From positions 1-31,663 of the IMG/VR virus record IMGVR_UViG_3300021560_000051: a stretch of 31,663 nucleotides of DNA. One strand, written 5' to 3'. Both the position numbers and the translations under genes were made by a program. The notes below the pieces were generated by a model. The model was given only the letters and a program-made list of their open reading frames with translations. It searched no databases and was not told where the DNA came from. Source of the stretch: a virus. Taxonomy: Duplodnaviria > Caudoviricetes. Shown here one piece after another: positions 25,656 through 31,663 of the stretch (its first letter is position 1; each line of letters begins with the position of its first letter).

Positions 25656-27052
25656 GTCCAGGCGGCTATCGGCGGCGCGCGGACGGGTTGCTGCGGGCGC
25701 ACCCTGAGCATTACTTTGCCCGAGTAATTAGCCGTCGTGCCCAGGCAGAAATATTGCAGAGCGTCCGCCACGTCGGACCAGGGGTGTAATTTTTCAGGCA
25801 AATCCTGTATTTTGCCGTCTTTGTTGCGCTTGTACCGGTACATATTCCCGAGCGCGCGCACCAGCGTGGGGCAGCCGCGCCGGTCTATTTGCAGTCCGGG
25901 CTGGCCGCTCAGGTTCGCGGTGAATAATCGCTCGACCGCAACGAGTCTGGCGTCGATATCATTGGTGGTGGCCGGGTAGGCCAGATATCCGTTCGAGCGC
26001 AGGATGTCGAACGGCGATTCGTCGCGCGTCTGCGCCCGCACGGAGCCCGCCGGGTCGCCCACTACGAAAATATTACGACCGACAAATGGTTCTTGCGACA
26101 GCGCGGGTCGTAAGTATTCTCTGAGCATTCGTTCGATGCCCATATCCTCCGTTATTATCTCGCGGTAAATAAGCGCCCGACCAAAACTATCGATCTGACC
26201 CAACACCGCGCAGGGAGTGCGCCCGAAATCGAGGCCGACCATGATAGGACGGAACGGGTTAGTGATCGGTTGCAGATCGCGTACATGCGCCTCTGCCACG
26301 AACGATTTGTGGAAAACCGCCTGCCCCGCGCTCGCTGTGCCCCAGATGGATTCGACGTGGACTCCTACCCAATCCTTATCCGGGTTACGGGACAGGTTTT
26401 CGTAGTATCCCATGGGTAGATTACGGACGTTCTCGGCATCGGGACCGACCCCGCTTGGTTGGTGGTAGAGTTTCCACTGCGGGTCGGGGTTCAGGACCAT
26501 GATCTCATGGTAGGGGCTGTCGCTGCTCCAGGGGTTGCAGTCGCCGATCAGGCCATACCATGTAGGTCCCATCATCGCCTTCGACGGGTATCTTCCGCAG
26601 CGGCCCAGAATGGGGCCGATCAGGGAAAAATCCACCTCGCGGATTTCGTTGACCCATGCGCCCGTCAGTTGCAGTGACAGCAGCCGCTGTTGGTCCTCCT
26701 TCGAGTCTAAGGGCAGTAACAACCAATCCGAGTGCAGCGTCGTGCCGTCGGGTAAGGGCGCGCGCAGTTGGATCGTCGAGTCCGTCACGAAAAATCTTAT
26801 GATCGGCGACAGATACTCTTTTATATCGTTGAGCACGGTCTGTCTTAACTGTTGAAGAGTATTTCTGATCAGGGCAAAGCGCGTATATCTTATGCCATTA
26901 TAGGGTTTTTGCTCGCCGGCGCGGCGCATCAACTCCATGATGCAGCCCATGGATTTGCCGGAGCCGACCGGGCCGACCAGCACCCGGACCCGGTGCGTAT
27001 TGTCGCGCATGAACGCGGCGATGGTCGGCGGCGGGGTGTAGGACAGGTTCAT
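25652..27052 (-). CDS. terL: terminase large subunit
   Basis: Walker A GPVGSGKS; Walker B AWVNE; coupling motif DCNP; nuclease GLDFG, GDPAG and SDVADALQY. Confidence 0.93.
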   Translation of the reverse strand: MNLSYTPPPTIAAFMRDNTHRVRVLVGPVGSGKSMGCIMELMRRAGEQKPYNGIRYTRFALIRNTLQQLRQTVLNDIKEYLSPIIRFFVTDSTIQLRAPLPDGTTLHSDWLLLPLDSKEDQQRLLSLQLTGAWVNEIREVDFSLIGPILGRCGRYPSKAMMGPTWYGLIGDCNPWSSDSPYHEIMVLNPDPQWKLYHQPSGVGPDAENVRNLPMGYYENLSRNPDKDWVGVHVESIWGTASAGQAVFHKSFVAEAHVRDLQPITNPFRPIMVGLDFGRTPCAVLGQIDSFGRALIYREIITEDMGIERMLREYLRPALSQEPFVGRNIFVVGDPAGSVRAQTRDESPFDILRSNGYLAYPATTNDIDARLVAVERLFTANLSGQPGLQIDRRGCPTLVRALGNMYRYKRNKDGKIQDLPEKLHPWSDVADALQYFCLGTTANYSGKVMLRVRPQQPVRAPPIAAWT

Positions 27053-27438
27053 ACGGACAGGCCGGCGGCGATGCGTGCATGCCGCGCTGCGGCGCGCCCG
27101 GGCCAGCCGTCATCGGCATTACTGTCCCGCTCGCGGAAGAATTCGCCGCCGCCATATTGGGGGTACATCACGTTGAACTTGCGGGCGTACCAAGGAATCC
27201 AGTCATTGTTGATTTTGTAGCCGCCGGGACGGCTGTCGTGCAGGATCACGTCGGTCTCCCAGCGCACCCGCCCCATGACCATTGAGGCACTGTAATGGAG
27301 GAAGCCTTGCGCGGCTTTTTCCCGGCCGAACCGGTTGAATAGTTCCCAAATCCAGGGATTGTCCTGGTCGATCTGGGCGAACTCGCGGGCGGTTGTGATC
27401 ATGGTTCTTAGGTTAAGCCGGGACGGCGGGACCGGCAA
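27049..27438 (-). CDS. conserved phage hypothetical protein (start may be at 27403)
   Basis: NP.IW..F, RVRWET and YKINN...PWYAR motifs; the stop overlaps the terL ATG. Confidence 0.6.
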   Translation of the reverse strand: MPVPPSRLNLRTMITTAREFAQIDQDNPWIWELFNRFGREKAAQGFLHYSASMVMGRVRWETDVILHDSRPGGYKINNDWIPWYARKFNVMYPQYGGGEFFRERDSNADDGWPGRAAARHARIAAGLSV

Positions 27439-27526
27439 CGATAAAAATACGGCGGCGGGAGCGCCGCCGCCGTGAGTGGGATACGAAGCTTAACGAGATA
27501 CAGACCCCTGGACCATCGAGGGGCGG

Positions 27527-28210
27527 TTACTTATAGCGGCGGCGGCGCACGAGACCAAGGGTGAACAAGCCGGTGCCCAGAACGAGGAGACTGGCCGGCT
27601 CGGGCGTGCTGATCGCTGCCGAAGCGTCCGCCGTGTCGGTAAAGGATGCGGTGAACGGGGCGATGGTGGCCGAGGCCCCCCTGGTGTCGAGTTGCAGACC
27701 GCCCGTGAACGGCGTGGTCGAGGTCAGGTTGGACATCGCGAAGGTGATCGACGAGGGCGCCGCCGTCGGCAGGCCCACGCCCGATGTCATCGTGAGCGTG
27801 TCAGGCGGGTTAGCCACGTTGACACTCAACTGATCGCCCGTCGCGGCACCGAACGCGGCATCGGTGAAAGTCCCGGATAGATAATTCGTTCCGCTGCCGT
27901 CTGCGTTCGACGTGATGCTGAAAGTCCCGTCATAATGTTGCAAGATCGCGCCGCCCACTCCGGTGGCGGTATCGATACTGCTGGCGGTCAAATTCACGAA
28001 AGCCATGATCGGCGTACCCAGCGCCGCGTCGATCTGCGCGATCTGCACCCCGGCGCCCATGATCGAGATCGTGGTCACGGTGTCGGCGATATTCTCCGTC
28101 GCCGTGACCGTGTTGTTGTTCGACGTTTGTGCGTCATTGATGATCTGGATTGCGTAGGCGGGCAGCAACGGTGCCGCCGTCAGGACGGAAGCTAAAAGAA
28201 GTTTGCGCAT
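27527..28210 (-). CDS. PEP-CTERM sorting-domain protein
   Basis: Signal peptide MRKLLLASVLTAAPLLPAYA; Thr/Ser/Ala-rich body; C-terminal TPEPASLLVLGTGLFTLGLVRRRR. Confidence 0.92.
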   Translation of the reverse strand: MRKLLLASVLTAAPLLPAYAIQIINDAQTSNNNTVTATENIADTVTTISIMGAGVQIAQIDAALGTPIMAFVNLTASSIDTATGVGGAILQHYDGTFSITSNADGSGTNYLSGTFTDAAFGAATGDQLSVNVANPPDTLTMTSGVGLPTAAPSSITFAMSNLTSTTPFTGGLQLDTRGASATIAPFTASFTDTADASAAISTPEPASLLVLGTGLFTLGLVRRRRYK

Positions 28211-28222
28211 GGTGCGTATCTC

Positions 28223-28312
28223 CTACTTACGATCGGGGATGACGAGGAACAGGCCATATACGCCGCAACCGATGCCGATCGCGACCGCGATGAAGATGAT
28301 AAGCTCGGTCAT
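28223..28312 (-). CDS. small single-TM peptide (29 aa)
   Basis: MTELIIFIAVAIGIGCGVYGLFLVIPDRK; the ATG overlaps the upstream TGA. Confidence 0.45.
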   Translation of the reverse strand: MTELIIFIAVAIGIGCGVYGLFLVIPDRK

Positions 28313-29001
28313 GCGCGCCGCCGGACGACGAAGCCGAGGCCGACCAAGCCGACGCCGAGCAACGCCAATGACGCAGGCTCGGGCGCTTCGATCGCGTTGC
28401 AGTCCACGTCGAGCGTGCAGGCGAGGATGCGCGGCTGTTTCAGATCGTTCCAACCAAAGAAGCCTGAGGTTGGGTCGACCGCGTTCTGGAAAATCTTCAC
28501 GTCGGTGATCGCTTCGTTAGTGCCGGTGACGGCCCTGACTGTGAAGAAGTTCGACCCGTTGGTCAGCGTGTCGGTGAAGGTGTTGCCGAAATTGTCCTGC
28601 GCCACGATGGCAACCGAGCCTTCGCCGAAATCCAGGTTGAAGATCATTTCCGCCGCCGCCACGGGGGCGGTCAGCTTGATCTCCATCCCGTCAAGCTGGA
28701 ACCCGTTGGCGCCGCCCTTGCTGTCGCTGACACAGTTGCTGGTGCAGGTCACGTCGGCCTGCCCCTTGCCGTCGGTGCCCAGCAACTCGGGTCCGTAGCC
28801 GGTGCCGCTGTTGTTGAGGTTCAGGAACTGCACCGTGTTGGCGCCCTTGTTGGTGTCGCCGAAGAAGTTGGGCACGTTGTTGAACTGCGACTCGAATTGC
28901 ACGAGGTCGCCGGTCGAACCGCCGGTATCCGAGAAGATGATGTCGGCGTGGGCGAGTGCGGGCATGAAAGCCAGTGCGCCGGCGAGGAGAAGTTGCTTCA
29001 T
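28309..29001 (-). CDS. PEP-CTERM sorting-domain protein
   Basis: Signal peptide MKQLLLAGALAFMPALAHA; C-terminal APEPASLALLGVGLVGLGFVVRRRA; SD GGAGG. Confidence 0.92.
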   Translation of the reverse strand: MKQLLLAGALAFMPALAHADIIFSDTGGSTGDLVQFESQFNNVPNFFGDTNKGANTVQFLNLNNSGTGYGPELLGTDGKGQADVTCTSNCVSDSKGGANGFQLDGMEIKLTAPVAAAEMIFNLDFGEGSVAIVAQDNFGNTFTDTLTNGSNFFTVRAVTGTNEAITDVKIFQNAVDPTSGFFGWNDLKQPRILACTLDVDCNAIEAPEPASLALLGVGLVGLGFVVRRRA

Positions 29002-29215
29002 CGAACATGTACCTCCGGTTGGCTTCGGGTCCGGCTCACGGGAACCCCCTGGGTAATAGCAGGTCCGTAATTACCGGAACGGTCGGGGGAATACAATGAT
29101 CGCCGGCCTAATAGGGGTCGCGGGGCGGTTTACCGTACAGTGACAGCAGGATCGTGCCGACGGCCGCCGCGATGAGGGCGAGAATGCCGAGATAGATTAT
29201 GGGACGACCCCTATG

Positions 29216-29389
29216 TCAGAACCTATACCCCATTAGCAACAATACGACCAATACGATGAGGATCACACCGACGACGCCGCCGAGCGGGTAAACGGCGGGG
29301 CCGGATTGGTACCAGCCTCCATAGTGACCGGCGCCGCCGAGTAGCAGCACCAGGATCAGGACGATGATCAGGATGCCGAGCAGGCTCAT
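29216..29389 (-). CDS. DUF3309-like small two-TM membrane protein (57 aa), not in the ORF track
   Basis: MSLLGILIIVLILVLLLGGAGHYGGWYQSGPAVYPLGGVVGVILIVLVVLLLMGYRF; SD AAGGAG. Confidence 0.7.
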   Translation of the reverse strand: MSLLGILIIVLILVLLLGGAGHYGGWYQSGPAVYPLGGVVGVILIVLVVLLLMGYRF

Positions 29390-29390
29390 G

Positions 29391-29525
29391 CTACTCTCCT
29401 TGCCTTGCCAGCGATACTAGTACGAGCACGACCCCTGCGAACAGCAGCAACACGCATAGCCACCAGCCTAGTACCATCAGCAGCCGCTGGTGGCGGGACA
29501 GTCGGTTCGGGTCGCGGGGGTTCAT
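29391..29525 (-). CDS. small single-TM protein (44 aa), not in the ORF track
   Basis: MNPRDPNRLSRHQRLLMVLGWWLCVLLLFAGVVLVLVSLARQGE; ATGA overlap with the upstream gene. Confidence 0.5.
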   Translation of the reverse strand: MNPRDPNRLSRHQRLLMVLGWWLCVLLLFAGVVLVLVSLARQGE

Positions 29526-30037
29526 TCTTCGTCAGTTACTGCGCCTTCGATGAATGCAACGGGTTTCTCGCCGGGGATGTTGATTTGTAATACGAACCGC
29601 GCGCCCGGCGTGCCGATGTCGCCGCGTGCCGTCGCCGCTACGCCGTCGACGCCCGCGATCCGGGCGTGCTGGCGCATCGCTTCCAGCCGCACCTCGGGTT
29701 TGATGAACGGGTCCAGCATGAGCTTGGCGTTGGCGACGCCGCCATATTGCAGGGTGTGGCCATAGAGGGTGCGCAGCTTCTCAGGCAACCCCACGTCGCT
29801 GTCCCAGTAGGCGCGGCGCACCTTGATGGCCCGGACCAACTCTTTATCGTTGCGTATATACGCCACCATGGCGAGGGCGTCGGTAAAACCGTAGCGTTTG
29901 GCGGTTTCTTCCTCGGGGTAGCTGCGCTGCGCAACGTCGCAGACGAAGGCCCAACGGAGCGCCGAATCGAGGGTGGGCAGCGGCGCCGGGACTTCAATAT
30001 CGTCCAGCATAGCATCGACGGTTGCGTTGTCGTCCAT
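29522..30037 (-). CDS. putative terminase small subunit
   Basis: 171 aa with an N-terminal HTH-like segment, helical core and C-terminal beta strand (FVLQINI). It is the first gene of the terL operon. Positional inference. Confidence 0.55.
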   Translation of the reverse strand: MDDNATVDAMLDDIEVPAPLPTLDSALRWAFVCDVAQRSYPEEETAKRYGFTDALAMVAYIRNDKELVRAIKVRRAYWDSDVGLPEKLRTLYGHTLQYGGVANAKLMLDPFIKPEVRLEAMRQHARIAGVDGVAATARGDIGTPGARFVLQINIPGEKPVAFIEGAVTDEE

Positions 30038-30073
30038 TTTCGATTTATAGCTTAAATACGAGAGTAGTCCATC

Positions 30074-31663
30074 ATGCCCTATGCGATCCCAGGCCGTGCA
30101 TCATCGACTCTCCCGGCGCAGTCGCGGGCGGGTGGGAGCGTTATGTACCCCGGGCCGGGAAGCGCCAACTATGCCGATAGTGGTGGTGCTCAGGGTGGTT
30201 CGGCCGGCGGACAAATCCCGTTCCGCTCCGGGGGCGGTTTTCTGCGCGTGGTTACGCCGGGACAGCGGTCGCAGATGGACGCCGACGAGACGGCGCGGCG
30301 CGCGAACCAGAATACGCCGGAGCGGCCACCCGACCTCAACACCTATATCCGGCATCGCTGGGAGGTGTTCCGCAATCACCGCAATCAGGGTGCTAACCCG
30401 ATAAACTACCGGCTCCTGCGCGCGCAGCGTATGTTCGAGGGTAAGTACGACCCGGAGAAACTGGCGGCGATCAAGGAGTTCGGCGGTTCCGAGGTGTATT
30501 CCCGCCTCGCGGCGACGAAGTGCCGGGGCGCGACGTCGTTGTTACGTGATGTCTATCTGGGTCAGGACCGGCCCTGGGACGTCGAGCCGCAGCCCGACCC
30601 GCCGGTGCCCGACGAGGTCAGGGCGTCGATCATTCAATTGGTCGCCGGTGAAGTGCATAATCAGATGACGGCGGGGATGCAGGCGCCGCCGCAGCCGGGG
30701 ATGCCACCACCACCGCCGCCGCAGCCGCCGACGCAGGACCAAGTCAAAAACCGCATCGTGTCGCTGACCCATGCCGCACAGCAGGCGGCACGGCGGATCG
30801 CGATGATGCAGGCCAACGCTGCCGCCGATAAGATGGACGACATTCTCATCTCCGGCGGCTTTTACGACGCGCTCGCCGAGTTCCTGATCGACTTGCCGCT
30901 TTATCCGTATGCGGTCCTGAAGGGTCCCGTAGTCAGGATGGTGCCCAAGTTGACGTGGATTAACGGCAAGCCATCAATCCAGACACGGCCGCAACTATTT
31001 TGGGAGCGAGTCAATCCGTTTTTCCTGTGCTGGACGCCCGGGGCGGCGACGTTGGAAGAGGCGGAAATTATCGAACGCAAACGGATGACGCGGGCGGATT
31101 TGAACGATTTGCTGGGTCTGCCGGGTTACGACGTAGATGCGGTGCGCGGCGCGCTTGAAGCTTATTCGCGCGGCCTGCGCGACTGGATGGATTACCCGGA
31201 TACGGAGCAGGCGTTCAATGAGCAACGCGAATCGCCCTATCTGAATTATTCTAACATGATCGATTGCGCGGAATATCATGGCTGTCTCCAGGGACAGGTG
31301 CTGTGGGATAACGGCGTCGATCCAAAACTGTGTCCCGACCCCGACGTCGATTATATGGTGCAGTCGTGGGTGGTGGGCCAGTTTACCATTAAAACACAGA
31401 TCAATCCGTCACCGCGTAAGCGTCACCCTTACTATATGACGTCATTCGAGAAGGTGCCGGGAACGGTGATGGGCCATGGCGTACCCGATATTATTGAAGA
31501 TTTACAAGAAGTGTGTAACGCGGCTTTGCGCGCTTTGGTCAACAATATGGCGATTTCTTCGGGGCCACAAGTAGTCGTCAATACGGAGCGCCTCGCACCG
31601 ACGGAAAATGCGTCGCAGATGTATCCGTGGAAACGCTGGTACGTGGTCGACGATCCCATGGCG
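30074..31663 (+). CDS. portal protein, 3'-truncated by the window (absent from the ORF track)
   Basis: Hand translation gives ...GKYDPEKLAAIKEFGGSEVYSRLAATKCRGA... and ...FEKVPGTVMGHGVPDIIEDLQEVCNAALRALVNNMAISSGPQVVVN, typical of podoviral portals. The start could be ATG 30143. Confidence 0.8.
   Translation, partial: MPYAIPGRASSTLPAQSRAGGSVMYPGPGSANYADSGGAQGGSAGGQIPFRSGGGFLRVVTPGQRSQMDADETARRANQNTPERPPDLNTYIRHRWEVFRNHRNQGANPINYRLLRAQRMFEGKYDPEKLAAIKEFGGSEVYSRLAATKCRGATSLLRDVYLGQDRPWDVEPQPDPPVPDEVRASIIQLVAGEVHNQMTAGMQAPPQPGMPPPPPPQPPTQDQVKNRIVSLTHAAQQAARRIAMMQANAAADKMDDILISGGFYDALAEFLIDLPLYPYAVLKGPVVRMVPKLTWINGKPSIQTRPQLFWERVNPFFLCWTPGAATLEEAEIIERKRMTRADLNDLLGLPGYDVDAVRGALEAYSRGLRDWMDYPDTEQAFNEQRESPYLNYSNMIDCAEYHGCLQGQVLWDNGVDPKLCPDPDVDYMVQSWVVGQFTIKTQINPSPRKRHPYYMTSFEKVPGTVMGHGVPDIIEDLQEVCNAALRALVNNMAISSGPQVVVNTERLAPTENASQMYPWKRWYVVDDPMA

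Noticed and set aside
29109-29215. Hydrophobic reading frame continuing after the DUF3309-like stop (possible read-through or extra TM peptide)
   Set aside because: It has no standard start codon or clear SD, so it cannot be supported.

Overview
This window is a segment of a dsDNA tailed phage or prophage genome (podovirus-like, GC-rich). A GcrA homologue and a DUF3309-like gene point to an alphaproteobacterial host. It begins with the 3' end of a large virion-type protein gene (+). A long leftward early/replication operon follows: primase-helicase, putative SSB, SNF2 helicase, VRR-NUC, Cas4-like exonuclease, GcrA, family A DNA polymerase, VWA/metallopeptidase, MoxR-like AAA ATPase and HTH proteins. 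After a non-coding divergence zone come leftward terminase genes with two PEP-CTERM genes between them, then the 5' part of the portal gene (+). Highlight 1 is a TIGR-Tas-like RNA-guided system at the distal end of the early operon: a nuclease-less Nop/IS110-like protein (1997-2983) flanked on both sides by 36-nt-period dual-repeat arrays. Highlight 2 is a 17-bp palindrome, TTCCCGACNGTCGGGAA, present in 11 near-perfect copies across the early region only, including one copy inside a sigma70 promoter spacer. Highlight 3 is a signal-less HiPIP-like Fe-S protein. All calls come from motif recognition by eye; no searches were run.
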